From the IMG/VR virus record IMGVR_UViG_3300021961_008224: a DNA stretch of 64,000 nt. The stretch is one strand, 5' to 3'. This DNA is from an uncultured virus (IMG/VR IMGVR_UViG_3300021961_008224). Its lineage: Duplodnaviria > Heunggongvirae > Uroviricota > Caudoviricetes. The translations under genes and the position numbers were made by a program. The notes beneath the pieces are model-generated. The model worked only from the letters and a program-made list of their open reading frames with translations, was not told where the DNA came from and made no database searches. The stretch's first letter is position 1. The number at the start of each line of letters is the position of its first letter. Shown here in pieces: positions 8,484 through 18,500 of the stretch.

Positions 8484-9378
8484 CAAATACTCAAAATTAG
8501 TAGATTTTGGTTTTAGTCCAAAAACCTTAATGACTTTAAGTGAGTCAGAAATTGACACATTACATAGAAACCTTGTAGAAGGTAAAAAGAAAGAAACTAA
8601 AGAAGCTCAAACAATACAAACTAGTATCACTAAATATTCGGCTAGCGAAGTTCAAGATGCTAAGAGTAAAGGTAAGGCATTACCAGGAGGTAGAGCGGTT
8701 AAAATGAATGCTGATGGTAGTATGGATGTTACCAATGAAGGTGAAATGTCTGAAGGTAAAAAGAAAAAAACTAAAAAGATTAATCCATTCGCAATTTGTA
8801 CTTCTCAATTAGGTAATGAATTTGGTACAACTGAAAGACATATGTGGAATTCAAAACAGAATAACAAATATGAAAGATGTGTTAAAGCCATCAAACAATC
8901 TATGAATGAGGGAAAAGATATTACTTCTGTGATTTTAGAAAATAAAATCCTATATTTGCTTGAGAAACACTCAAATGCAAAAATGAAAAAAGGAGATTTA
9001 ATGAATCTAATTACAAAAAAAACACTTAACAAACCAATTGGTACTTTAGGGTCTATTGATGTTACGGAAAATAATACTAAAGAGGCTCCTGTGAAGACTC
9101 CTGTTAAAACCCCGTCAAAACCTGATAAGGATAGTCCTTACAAACCAAAAACATCACCAGCTCCTAAAGCAAGAAAATCGGAGACTAAAGAATCAATGGT
9201 TGCGAACGCTCCCGCTCCGACTAAACCAACAACAAAACCTGGAATTAAAACTCCACCAAAACCAGATAAGGATAGTCCTTATAAACCAAAAACATCACCA
9301 GCTCCTAAGGCGAGAACTAACAAAGAGTTACCGTCTTGGATGTCATTTGATACTATCGGAATTAAATTAAAAAAATAA
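8473..9378 (+). CDS. basic Lys/Pro-rich hypothetical protein with a duplicated peptide
   Basis: KPDKDSPYKPKTSPAPKAR occurs twice. Confidence 0.75.
   Translation: MKTNKYSKLVDFGFSPKTLMTLSESEIDTLHRNLVEGKKKETKEAQTIQTSITKYSASEVQDAKSKGKALPGGRAVKMNADGSMDVTNEGEMSEGKKKKTKKINPFAICTSQLGNEFGTTERHMWNSKQNNKYERCVKAIKQSMNEGKDITSVILENKILYLLEKHSNAKMKKGDLMNLITKKTLNKPIGTLGSIDVTENNTKEAPVKTPVKTPSKPDKDSPYKPKTSPAPKARKSETKESMVANAPAPTKPTTKPGIKTPPKPDKDSPYKPKTSPAPKARTNKELPSWMSFDTIGIKLKK
9121..9315 (+). repeat. 54-bp direct repeat pair (9121-9174 and 9262-9315)
   Basis: Near-identical copies that differ at synonymous positions. Confidence 0.85.
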
Positions 9379-10664
9379 TGGCAAAGTTTAAATTAGACGC
9401 TAAAGAAGCTATAGATTACGGTCAAGGACGAGAAAGAATGAATCCTGACTTGGAGAATAAACTTAGAACTCAAACAACAAGTTTATCAAAAAACCCCGCG
9501 TTCCCTGATGTGGATAAGAACGGTGTTCCTGATAACTTTGAAGAATTGGTTGCATCTAAAAGATTTAAAGATGTTGTTGAACGAGTAAAACGTTATACGG
9601 GTATGGAAGACATATCAGGACAAAACGCTTTTATGCAACTACAAAGAGCCCTAATGGGTGCGGTTCAAAGAGTTATGCAAATTGAGTCTCAAAATAAAGA
9701 ATATCTTGAGAAATTAGCGGTCGATTTAGTTATCAAAGAAATGGGAATTCCTGACGGGTCTTTCCAATTTGACGCCAAACTAGTTGGTATGGGGGGTATT
9801 GACCAAAGTAGATTCCAACAACAAGGTGAGGAACCAGAAGAAGAAGAGATTGAACAACAATTTGGTAGTCAAGATGCTGAAGAAGATTTAGACGATTTTA
9901 TGACTGCAATGGAAAAGTTTGACTTAGAAAAGGCTAAACGTAGATTCATTAATGCGTTAATTCAAGGTTCTTCTAAAAAAGGACATTATATGTTTGAATT
10001 GGTTAGAGCTGAGTTAAATAGAATTGACCCTCAATTATTAAACTTATACGGGGTATTGATGTCGATTAATGATTTAGTTTATTGGTTAATGCCTGACGAA
10101 GCCGTACAAATGATGGCGGGTAATCCGTCAAGTATGGCTGGTAAAGAAGAAGTTGACGATACTACTGACCCACCAACAATTAAAGCGAGAGGATTATTTT
10201 TCCCTGTTTTAATTCACGAACTTATTAAAGGAGTTATGGAGGTTTTTGGTACTCACGGATTACCAGATGACCCTAAATCACAACAAATGATTATGGGAAG
10301 TACAGATACTCTACCTAACGAGATTTGGGACTTAAGATTGGGACCTGTTATTTGGGAGAAATTCTCTCAATCATATCCTATGGAAGTCTTTGATGAAGAT
10401 AAAAAACATATCCAACACTACCTGTTCGCTAGATTTTCAGCGTTAGACACAAAACAGTTTTTTGAAGTTGCGAAACAAATATTATCTGGAGACCCTAAAG
10501 GTGAGAAATTCTTACAAGATATGGTTAAAGATATTATTACTGATTTGAAAAAACGTGATTTAGAAGATTCATTAGGAAGTTATGAAGATGACTACGATGA
10601 TGACGATGACGATGACGGTTTAGATGATTTCTTAGGTGGCTTGGGTATCTCAAGACCTAAGTAA
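9378..10664 (+). CDS. hypothetical protein upstream of terminase
   Basis: 428 aa, helical, with an acidic tail; contains IHELIKG. Confidence 0.8.
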   Translation: MAKFKLDAKEAIDYGQGRERMNPDLENKLRTQTTSLSKNPAFPDVDKNGVPDNFEELVASKRFKDVVERVKRYTGMEDISGQNAFMQLQRALMGAVQRVMQIESQNKEYLEKLAVDLVIKEMGIPDGSFQFDAKLVGMGGIDQSRFQQQGEEPEEEEIEQQFGSQDAEEDLDDFMTAMEKFDLEKAKRRFINALIQGSSKKGHYMFELVRAELNRIDPQLLNLYGVLMSINDLVYWLMPDEAVQMMAGNPSSMAGKEEVDDTTDPPTIKARGLFFPVLIHELIKGVMEVFGTHGLPDDPKSQQMIMGSTDTLPNEIWDLRLGPVIWEKFSQSYPMEVFDEDKKHIQHYLFARFSALDTKQFFEVAKQILSGDPKGEKFLQDMVKDIITDLKKRDLEDSLGSYEDDYDDDDDDDGLDDFLGGLGISRPK

Positions 10665-10667
10665 TTT

Positions 10668-12434
10668 ATGGCTTTTACTAAAGAACAATTAATATTAGAA
10701 TATACTAAGTGCGTAAAGAATACTCCTTACGCACTTAAAACTTATTTACAGACCTATGACAATACTGTATCTCAGTATGTCCCTTTGGAATTATTTCCTG
10801 ACCAAGTAACCTTATTGGAGGATTACGAGAATTACAATGAAAATATTGCGTTAAAATACCGACAAGCTGGAGTATCTACAGTTACCGCAGCTTGGGCGTC
10901 AAAACGTTTAGTATTTGCGTCTAAGAAAAAACCTGAAAAAATTCTAATCATCGCCAACAAATTGGATACTGCGGTTGAGATGGCAAATAAGATTAGAGGT
11001 TTTACTGAACAATGGCCTAATTGGACAGGTGTAGGGTTTTCAAGTGAAAAAAATTCACAAAGACACTATAAGTTAACTAACGGATGTGAAGTTAAGGCGG
11101 TTGCAACATCACGAGATGCGTTAAGGGGTTATACTCCAACAATTCTTGTATTTGACGAAGCTGCATATATTGAAGCCGATGGAGATTTTTGGGCGGCTTG
11201 TATGGCATCCCTTTCAACAGGGGGTAAAGTGATTGTGGTATCAACACCTAACGGTTATGACCCAATCTACTATGAAATATATGACCAAGCATTACGAGGT
11301 ATGAATGAATTCAAAATCTCAGAGATGTATTGGTTTAAAGACCCAAGATACACTAAAGATTTAAAATTACTAAAAGTTGAAGACTTAATTCACTTTTATT
11401 TAAATCGAGATGAATATAAGGAGATTGATACTATCGATTATTCATCCATAGACCCTAGATTAAGAGATTTTGAAGAAATCAAACAAAAACTTGCCGACGG
11501 ATATAAACCTACATCAAGTTGGTTTGAGGGTATGGTTAAAAAATTAAAATACGATAAACGTAAAGTGTCTCAGGAGTTAGAGTGTAACTTCTTAGGTTCT
11601 GGTGATAACGTATTTGATTCAAAACAATTACAAGATATTCATCAAAATATGTTAAAAGAACCTACCAATAGAATGATGGGAGGTGCATTATGGATGTGGA
11701 AAGAACCTGTTGAAGGTCATAAATATATTATGGGTGTTGACGTATCAAGAGGAGATTCTGAAGACTTTACTTCAATGATTATTATTGATTTTGACGAAAG
11801 AGAACAAGTATTAGAATACATAGGTAAAATCCCACCTGACGTAGCTGCAGAGATTGCTTATAAATGGGCGATGATGTATAGTGCGTTTGTGGTTATTGAT
11901 ATCACAGGAGGTATGGGGGTTTCAACTGCTCGAAAATTACAGGAGATGAATTATAAGAACTTGTATATTGATGGAGTTGAAATGGGTAATAAATGGAAAT
12001 ACGACCCTAAAGCTTTAGATAAGATTCCAGGGTTAAACTTTAATAACAAGAGGGTTCAAATAATTTCTTCATTTGAAGAATCTATGAGACACGGATTTAA
12101 AATCTATAGTAATAGACTCTTTAATGAGATGAATACCTTTGTATATATAAACGGAAGACCAGACCACCAAAAAGGTCATCACGATGATTTGATTATGGCA
12201 ATTGCTATGGCAACATATGTTGGTGAGAATTCATTTAATCAGCTGACCAAAGTAACAGAACAGACTAAAGCAATGTTAAGTTCTTGGACGGTAAATAATA
12301 ATGAGGAAATTGGTAGACAGGTGTCGTTTAATCCTGTAATTCCTGCAGGAATGCCTAACCATCAGAATTATTCTAACGAGGCGACTAAAAATGACTATCA
12401 AAAATATTTATGGTTGTTCGGTAGGTCGAGATAA
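10668..12434 (+). CDS. terL: terminase large subunit (T4 gp17-like)
   Basis: Walker A-like KYRQAGVST, Walker B VFDEAA, coupling motif STPNG, and nuclease residues in GVDVSRG and HDDL. Confidence 0.93.
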   Translation: MAFTKEQLILEYTKCVKNTPYALKTYLQTYDNTVSQYVPLELFPDQVTLLEDYENYNENIALKYRQAGVSTVTAAWASKRLVFASKKKPEKILIIANKLDTAVEMANKIRGFTEQWPNWTGVGFSSEKNSQRHYKLTNGCEVKAVATSRDALRGYTPTILVFDEAAYIEADGDFWAACMASLSTGGKVIVVSTPNGYDPIYYEIYDQALRGMNEFKISEMYWFKDPRYTKDLKLLKVEDLIHFYLNRDEYKEIDTIDYSSIDPRLRDFEEIKQKLADGYKPTSSWFEGMVKKLKYDKRKVSQELECNFLGSGDNVFDSKQLQDIHQNMLKEPTNRMMGGALWMWKEPVEGHKYIMGVDVSRGDSEDFTSMIIIDFDEREQVLEYIGKIPPDVAAEIAYKWAMMYSAFVVIDITGGMGVSTARKLQEMNYKNLYIDGVEMGNKWKYDPKALDKIPGLNFNNKRVQIISSFEESMRHGFKIYSNRLFNEMNTFVYINGRPDHQKGHHDDLIMAIAMATYVGENSFNQLTKVTEQTKAMLSSWTVNNNEEIGRQVSFNPVIPAGMPNHQNYSNEATKNDYQKYLWLFGRSR

Positions 12435-12470
12435 TGTTTATATATTTTTAAATTATACTAAATTTTAATT

Positions 12471-14324
12471 ATGAGTAATGAAAATAGAGATTTAACGGTT
12501 TGGCAAAGGTTATCACAGACCTTTGGTCCTAATTCTTTAATGAATCAGGATTACCCCGTTTTTAAATACGATAAGAAAGAGTTATTAAAAACAACAAATG
12601 CACAAGAATATGAGAAGGCTAAATTACAAGCCCAACAAACATTCTATCTTGCAAATCAGTGGACTAAAATAGAAAATAACCTCTACAGTCAAGGAGTTTA
12701 TTTTGAACCAACAAGATTGGCGTCGTATTACGACTACGAATCTATGGAGTATACTCCTGAGATTTCCGCAGCGTTAGACATTTATGCCGAAGAATCTACA
12801 ACTGCCGACCAAAACGGTTACATCCTACAAATATACTCAGAATCAAAACGTATTAAATCAGTATTGGCTGATTTATTTAACAATGTGTTAGATATTAACA
12901 CTAACCTTGCAATGTGGACTAGAAACACTTGTAAGTACGGTGATAATTTTGTTTATCTTAAATTAGACCCTGAGAAAGGAATTGTTGGATGTATGCAATT
13001 ACCTAACATTGAGATTGAAAGGGTTGAAAGAGGTATGAAAGGTAAATCTAATTTAGACAGTGGCGAAGGTGAGCAAAAAGCACTTGCATTCAATTGGAAG
13101 AATAAAGATATGTCATTCAATACTTGGGAAATTGCCCACTTTAGATTATTGGGTGATGATAGAAAACTTCCTTATGGTACTTCTATGTTAGAAAAAGCAA
13201 GACGTATTTGGAAACAGTTATTATTATCGGAAGACGCAATGTTAATCTATCGTACATCAAGAGCACCTGAAAGAAGAATCTTTAAGGTATTTGTTGGTAA
13301 TATGGACGATAAGGATGTTGAAGCTTATGTACAACGTGTTGCAAATAAATTTAAAAGAGACCAAGTTGTTGACCATAAAACGGGTAATGTTGATATGAGG
13401 TTTAATCAAATGGCGGTAGACCAAGATTACTTCGTACCTGTTCGTGACCCTGCGGCACCAAACCCTATTGATACATTACCAGGAGCGCAAAACCTTTCTG
13501 AGATTGCAGATATCGAATATATCCAAAAGAAATTATTAACGGCACTTCGTGTACCTAAAGCATTTTTAGGTTTTGAGGAAGTTGTTGGTGATGGTAAAAA
13601 CTTATCATTACAAGATATCCGTTTTGCACGAACTATTAATAGAATACAAAAAAGTATGTTAGCGGAACTTAATAAAGTTGCTATTATACATTTATTCTTA
13701 TTGGGATTTGAGGACGAGTTATCTAACTTTACTCTAACATTATCAAATCCATCGACACAAGCTGATTTGTTAAAAATTGACGTGTGGAAAGAAAAAATAT
13801 TACTTTACAAAGATGCGGTTACTGCTATTGAAGGTATCGCCCCTGTGTCAGTATCTTGGGCTAAGAAACACGTATTAGGTTTTTCAGATGAAGATATTAG
13901 ATTAGATTTACAACAACAAAGACTTGAAAAGGCGGTTGCTAAAGAACTTGAAAATACTCCTACAGTTATAACTAAAACAGGTATTTTCGACAATATAGAT
14001 AAATTATATGGAAGTCCATCAGGTACCACCGCAAGTGCGGGAGGTGAAACTGCGGGTGGTGAAGAAAGTGGATTTACCCCACCAGCAGGTTTAGGAGGTG
14101 GAGGAGAGTCTCCAATTGGCGGTGATACAGGAGGAGAAGCCCCACCAGCAGGAGGGGAATCTGAGATAACTCCTGAATCAGTTAAAAGAGAAAATCTTAA
14201 TATTTTATTAGAATCTCAGGATATGTTAACTGAAGATAGTTATATTGATTTATCTAAAGGACAAGATTCTTTAGGAGATATTTCTGAAGAATTAGACAAA
14301 CTCTTAAATAAGAGATATTTATAA
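12471..14324 (+). CDS. portal protein (T4 gp20-like)
   Basis: EDAMLIYRTSRAPERRIF, DYFVP, IDTLPG..NL and L.VPK motifs typical of gp20; follows terL. Confidence 0.93.
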   Translation: MSNENRDLTVWQRLSQTFGPNSLMNQDYPVFKYDKKELLKTTNAQEYEKAKLQAQQTFYLANQWTKIENNLYSQGVYFEPTRLASYYDYESMEYTPEISAALDIYAEESTTADQNGYILQIYSESKRIKSVLADLFNNVLDINTNLAMWTRNTCKYGDNFVYLKLDPEKGIVGCMQLPNIEIERVERGMKGKSNLDSGEGEQKALAFNWKNKDMSFNTWEIAHFRLLGDDRKLPYGTSMLEKARRIWKQLLLSEDAMLIYRTSRAPERRIFKVFVGNMDDKDVEAYVQRVANKFKRDQVVDHKTGNVDMRFNQMAVDQDYFVPVRDPAAPNPIDTLPGAQNLSEIADIEYIQKKLLTALRVPKAFLGFEEVVGDGKNLSLQDIRFARTINRIQKSMLAELNKVAIIHLFLLGFEDELSNFTLTLSNPSTQADLLKIDVWKEKILLYKDAVTAIEGIAPVSVSWAKKHVLGFSDEDIRLDLQQQRLEKAVAKELENTPTVITKTGIFDNIDKLYGSPSGTTASAGGETAGGEESGFTPPAGLGGGGESPIGGDTGGEAPPAGGESEITPESVKRENLNILLESQDMLTEDSYIDLSKGQDSLGDISEELDKLLNKRYL

Positions 14325-14337
14325 GATAAAATAAGAT

Positions 14338-15042
14338 ATGGAATTCGGATTATTAAAATCAAAAATAGAAACAAAACTTGTCGAGTCTTACAAAAAAGAT
14401 TCGTTTAATACTGATATTAAAGTATTCAAGAAATTAGTATTAGAGAATAAAGAGGTTAGTAAAATGTTTTATCTTTACGATGAATTAAGTAAAGAGAAAG
14501 GATTTGAAAAAAGTTTTGCGGACGACTATCTAAATGAGTGTATTGGTTTAATTGAAAAGATTTCAATTAATAAGAAAACTATGTCATTATTAGAGTCTTG
14601 GGTTAAAGACGTTAAAACTGAAAACCACTATAAAGACATTGACACTGTAGTTAATAAAAATACTGTAGTTGTTGAAAATATTATTAATAGTAAAAATACT
14701 ATTATTAATCATCTTATCACTAAAAAGAACCAAACTAACGTAATCAATGTATCTTACGATACTATGGTTGAGGTTGCTAATAGTACTTTAAAAAATTATT
14801 TAAATAATATTAGCGAATCTGAGTTAAAAGAAATTAAAAAATATTCTACACTATCTCAGTCTGAATTAGATAAAAGATATGATGTTGTTAGTGAAATGGT
14901 TATTGAAAAATTAGAAAATTTGTCTACAAAATCTGATTCAGTAACTAAGACTAAAATAACAGAAACTATTGAGAAAATTAAAAATGAAAAAGTTGATTCT
15001 GTTTCATTATTTAAATTAAAGTCTCTTAACGAGATTCTCTAA
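14338..15042 (+). CDS. hypothetical head-module protein
   Basis: 234 aa; TATTTATA at 14316-14323 overlaps the portal stop. Confidence 0.75.
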   Translation: MEFGLLKSKIETKLVESYKKDSFNTDIKVFKKLVLENKEVSKMFYLYDELSKEKGFEKSFADDYLNECIGLIEKISINKKTMSLLESWVKDVKTENHYKDIDTVVNKNTVVVENIINSKNTIINHLITKKNQTNVINVSYDTMVEVANSTLKNYLNNISESELKEIKKYSTLSQSELDKRYDVVSEMVIEKLENLSTKSDSVTKTKITETIEKIKNEKVDSVSLFKLKSLNEIL

Positions 15043-15214
15043 ATTTTTCTTTATAAATCGCTTTTATTCTTTGTTCTCTAAGCTCAACTGATTTTTTAGT
15101 AAACTCCTTCCTATTTTTTAGGTTTTCAGTTTGTTTAGTACGAATTACTTTTCCCTTTAGAATTTTAAGGGCTTTCTCTAATGGTTGTCGGTTATTTATC
15201 TCTACAATTAACAT
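15026..15214 (-). CDS. rpsU: ribosomal protein bS21
   Basis: 62 aa from MLIVE...: LEKALKILK.K......L..RKEFTKKS..LR....KAIY resembles Bacteroidota bS21. TAACTTTG at 15230-15237 (minus) supports the start at 15214. Confidence 0.85.
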   Translation of the reverse strand: MLIVEINNRQPLEKALKILKGKVIRTKQTENLKNRKEFTKKSVELREQRIKAIYKEKFRESR

Positions 15215-15309
15215 ATAATACAAATATTCCAAAGTTACAGAAAGTTTTTGACAAGACAAGATTTATTACTTATTTTTATAAAAAATAAACTTGAACAATA
15301 TGAAACAGA

Positions 15310-15753
15310 ATGAAAAAAGGGAAAAGTGCGAAGCTATCAGGTTATCGTTCCTACAAAGTTAATTACGGTACTGTCGATGCGAAAAACCTAAAATCAATTT
15401 ATCTAAACATCCAAACTTGGGCAGAACCAAAAGACGAAATCGAATCCCCAAATAGAGAAGTGAATAATCTATCAAGGTCAATTAAACACACAGTATTAGA
15501 ATATATTGACAAAGAAATTTATGACGATAAATTTATTGTTGACTTAGACTTAAGGTGTAGTGGGATTCAAAAAAACAAAAAATCATTTTTAAATTTAGAA
15601 TGTTACTTTTACCTAAATGAGGTAGGAATAGACTTTAAAAGTAAGGAAATTAAAAATTCAATTAAAAAAGTAACAGATTCAATCATCAAAAATAACTTCA
15701 GAGATAATGATACATTCAAGTTCTCATTAACAAAAAAACAATCGGTTTTATAA
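15310..15753 (+). CDS. hypothetical protein
   Basis: 147-aa ORF preceded by TTGACA-N17-TATTTT (15248-15276). Confidence 0.75.
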   Translation: MKKGKSAKLSGYRSYKVNYGTVDAKNLKSIYLNIQTWAEPKDEIESPNREVNNLSRSIKHTVLEYIDKEIYDDKFIVDLDLRCSGIQKNKKSFLNLECYFYLNEVGIDFKSKEIKNSIKKVTDSIIKNNFRDNDTFKFSLTKKQSVL

Positions 15754-15803
15754 AATACGAACCAATACTATATTATCGGTATATTTATTTGTAAACAAAA
15801 AAG

Positions 15804-16532
15804 ATGAAAGTATTAGCACCAAATGAATCAGGTAAGGGAATTCTGATTGAATACGACGCAGGGTATGTGTCACCATCGGATACTCATAACGCTGAGATTA
15901 TTAAGGAATCTAAGAATACATTAGACCACTCAAAACCATTTGAGTTCTACGCAGTATTACAAAAATATAATACCCCTAATAGAAATGGTAGAGTATATCC
16001 TGAACGAATATTAAAAAGAGAGGCGGAGAACTATAAAAAAGCAATTGCTAAAGGAACTTCGTTATCAGAATTAAATCACCCTGAATCTTCTTTAATTGAC
16101 TTAGATAGAGTTTCACACATTATCACAGAAGTGTGGTGGGAGGGAAATGTACTAATGGGTAAATTAAAACTATTAACTTCACCTGGTTTTCACGAAAGAG
16201 GTATTGTATCAACTAAAGGTGATATGGCGGCTAACTACTTAAGACAAGGAGTTACTTTAGGTATCTCATCGAGAGGTGTAGGGTCATTGGCTAAGAAGGG
16301 GGAACAAAACGAAGTACAAGACGATTTTGAATTAATCTGTTTTGACTTAGTGTCTTCACCCTCAACACCAGGGGCGTATCTTTTCTTAAATGCAGATGAT
16401 AGAAGTAAGTATGATGAGAATCTTGACGAAGAAAAACAAATGCAAATGTCAAGAGCGACAGGTATGAGTACAGATTCAGGAAACAAATCGCTTGACTTAA
16501 TGAAAAAATTATCCGATTATTTGGGTAAATAA
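15804..16532 (+). CDS. prohead protease (T4 gp21-like)
   Basis: NRNGRVYP, ELNHP, GISSRGVGS and DLVSSPS motifs. Confidence 0.92.
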   Translation: MKVLAPNESGKGILIEYDAGYVSPSDTHNAEIIKESKNTLDHSKPFEFYAVLQKYNTPNRNGRVYPERILKREAENYKKAIAKGTSLSELNHPESSLIDLDRVSHIITEVWWEGNVLMGKLKLLTSPGFHERGIVSTKGDMAANYLRQGVTLGISSRGVGSLAKKGEQNEVQDDFELICFDLVSSPSTPGAYLFLNADDRSKYDENLDEEKQMQMSRATGMSTDSGNKSLDLMKKLSDYLGK

Positions 16533-16538
16533 AAATTT

Positions 16539-16757
16539 ATGGAAATGGACGAAAAGTATTTTGTAGCAAAAATTCAGTATGATTTACCTGATGAGAACAC
16601 TGGTAAGATTAAAAAAATCAGAGAAGAAAAATTAGTAAAAGGTTTTTCCGTGACAGACGTAGAAGCCAAAGTTACTAAACGATATGAGTCATTCTCTCAA
16701 GAATGGAGAATCACATCGGTTTCTGAAAGTAAAATCGACGAGGTAATTGAAGATTAA
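16539..16757 (+). CDS. DUF4494-like small protein
   Basis: YF.AKI.Y......KK.RE..LV...SVTD.EA.V...ESKI.EV resembles this Bacteroidota family. Confidence 0.6.
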   Translation: MEMDEKYFVAKIQYDLPDENTGKIKKIREEKLVKGFSVTDVEAKVTKRYESFSQEWRITSVSESKIDEVIED

Positions 16758-16776
16758 TCATTAGAAAAAATTATTT

Positions 16777-16805
16777 AAAAGGAGGACAATAGTCCTCCTT
16801 TTTTT
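16777..16805 (+). terminator. intrinsic terminator
   Basis: AAAAGGAGGAC-AATA-GTCCTCCTTTTTTT. Confidence 0.9.
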
Positions 16806-16948
16806 GTTTTTGGTAATATTTATTAGTTGTATTAAAATATACTTTTTTCAACAAATAAACCCCGAATCAAAAAAAATTTAATTTAACAATCATTAAAGTT
16901 AAGTTTTTTAATGATTTGGAAATATTTATATACAAATAAAAAAGAATA

Positions 16949-18469
16949 ATGGCAGAAAAACAAAATCTTGTAGAAGAGGCACTTATCCAAATGAAAAGTT
17001 TGGAGAATGTAGTTGCTGAAAATGCAAAAGGAATACTTGCTTCAACAATGAAGGAAGAAATCAGCGAATTAGTAAAAGAGTCTTTAACTGAGACTGAAGA
17101 AGATTCCAACCTAGATTTAGATATGTCTTATGGTCAAGACCTTGAGGAAGCAGATGATGACGACTTAGAGTTTGACGATATGGATGACATTGAAGATGAC
17201 GAGGATATGGATGATAATATGTCAATGGACGACACAGATGAATTTGATTCAGATGATGAGTTCGAGTTTGGTTCTGATGATGATTCATTAGTTGACTTAA
17301 CAAATGCTAGCGACGAGGAAATCCTTAAAGTTTTTAAAGCTATGGGTGATGAAGACGGTATCATTGTAAAGAAAGACGGTGACACAATCGATTTAGAAGA
17401 TTCAAACGACGACGTACATTATAAAATTTCATTAGGAGAAGAAATGAACCCATTTGACGATAAGTCAGGAGTTCCTGTTGATGAAGAAGGTATGATGTAT
17501 GAGATATCATTAGATGAAGAAGATGATATGGATGATTGGTCAGAAATTGATATGAATTTTTCAGATGAAGACGAAGACGAAGACGATATGAATTCGGATG
17601 AATTCGATTTTAATCTTGACGATGATTCTGATGACGATTTCTTATCATCATTTAACGACTTCGAAGAAGAAGGTGATGGTGAAGAAGAAGAAATTGTTTA
17701 TGAAATCGAAATGGACGATAAAGAAGAAATCGTTTCGGTTGATGAAGAATGGTCAGAAGAAGCTGACATTGAAAAAATGGAAACAAAAGAAGGATTCAAA
17801 GCTAAAGGAGTAGGAATGGGTAAACCTAAGTTCGGATACAAAAAGACTACTGGTGGTTTCAAAGATAATATGAAACACGGTAATCCTACAAAAGGAACAG
17901 GTAAACCTAAGTTTGAATTTAAAGAAGAAGACGGAATGGAACCAACCAAAATGGGTGGTGAAACAGGAGAGGCTTCAAGAACTTTAGGTACAGGTAAATA
18001 TTTCGGTAAGAAAGGTCTACCAAAACCAAAAGCAGCACCACAACACTTAAGAGTAGAATCTGTAAACAATAAAGAATTACAAGTACTTAGAGAAAGAAAC
18101 GAAGAGTACAGAAAAGCTTTAAATGTTTTCAGAACTAAATTAAATGAGGTTGCGGTATTCAACTCAAACTTAGCATACGCTACTAGATTGTTCACAGAAC
18201 ATTCAACGACTAAACAGGAAAAAATCAACATCTTAAGAAGATTTGATTCTGTTGAATCTTTAAAAGAGTCAAAATCTCTTTATAAAACAATAAAAGATGA
18301 ATTAGGTAACCAAGGTTCTGCAACTGTAGTAAAAGAGTCTTTACAAGAGAAAATCGAAAGAAGTCCAGCTTCAGGTTCAGCAGTTAACTTAATGGAATCT
18401 AAAACATACGAAAATCCTCAATTCTTAAGAATGAAGGATTTGATGACGAAAATGAACGTCGTTAAATAA
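16949..18469 (+). CDS. prohead scaffolding protein (gp22-like)
   Basis: Very acidic, with a coiled-coil C-terminus; lies between the protease and the major capsid gene. Confidence 0.8.
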   Translation: MAEKQNLVEEALIQMKSLENVVAENAKGILASTMKEEISELVKESLTETEEDSNLDLDMSYGQDLEEADDDDLEFDDMDDIEDDEDMDDNMSMDDTDEFDSDDEFEFGSDDDSLVDLTNASDEEILKVFKAMGDEDGIIVKKDGDTIDLEDSNDDVHYKISLGEEMNPFDDKSGVPVDEEGMMYEISLDEEDDMDDWSEIDMNFSDEDEDEDDMNSDEFDFNLDDDSDDDFLSSFNDFEEEGDGEEEEIVYEIEMDDKEEIVSVDEEWSEEADIEKMETKEGFKAKGVGMGKPKFGYKKTTGGFKDNMKHGNPTKGTGKPKFEFKEEDGMEPTKMGGETGEASRTLGTGKYFGKKGLPKPKAAPQHLRVESVNNKELQVLRERNEEYRKALNVFRTKLNEVAVFNSNLAYATRLFTEHSTTKQEKINILRRFDSVESLKESKSLYKTIKDELGNQGSATVVKESLQEKIERSPASGSAVNLMESKTYENPQFLRMKDLMTKMNVVK

Positions 18470-18500
18470 ATAAAATAAAAATTAAAAAACAAATACTAAA

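Noticed and set aside
15215..15259. Longer 77-aa start for the bS21 ORF
   Set aside because: The extension overlaps the promoter-like TAACTTTG, and bS21 similarity begins at MLIVE (15214).
17061..18231. Several overlapping ORFs within the scaffold gene
   Set aside because: They are low-complexity shadows of the acidic scaffold codons.
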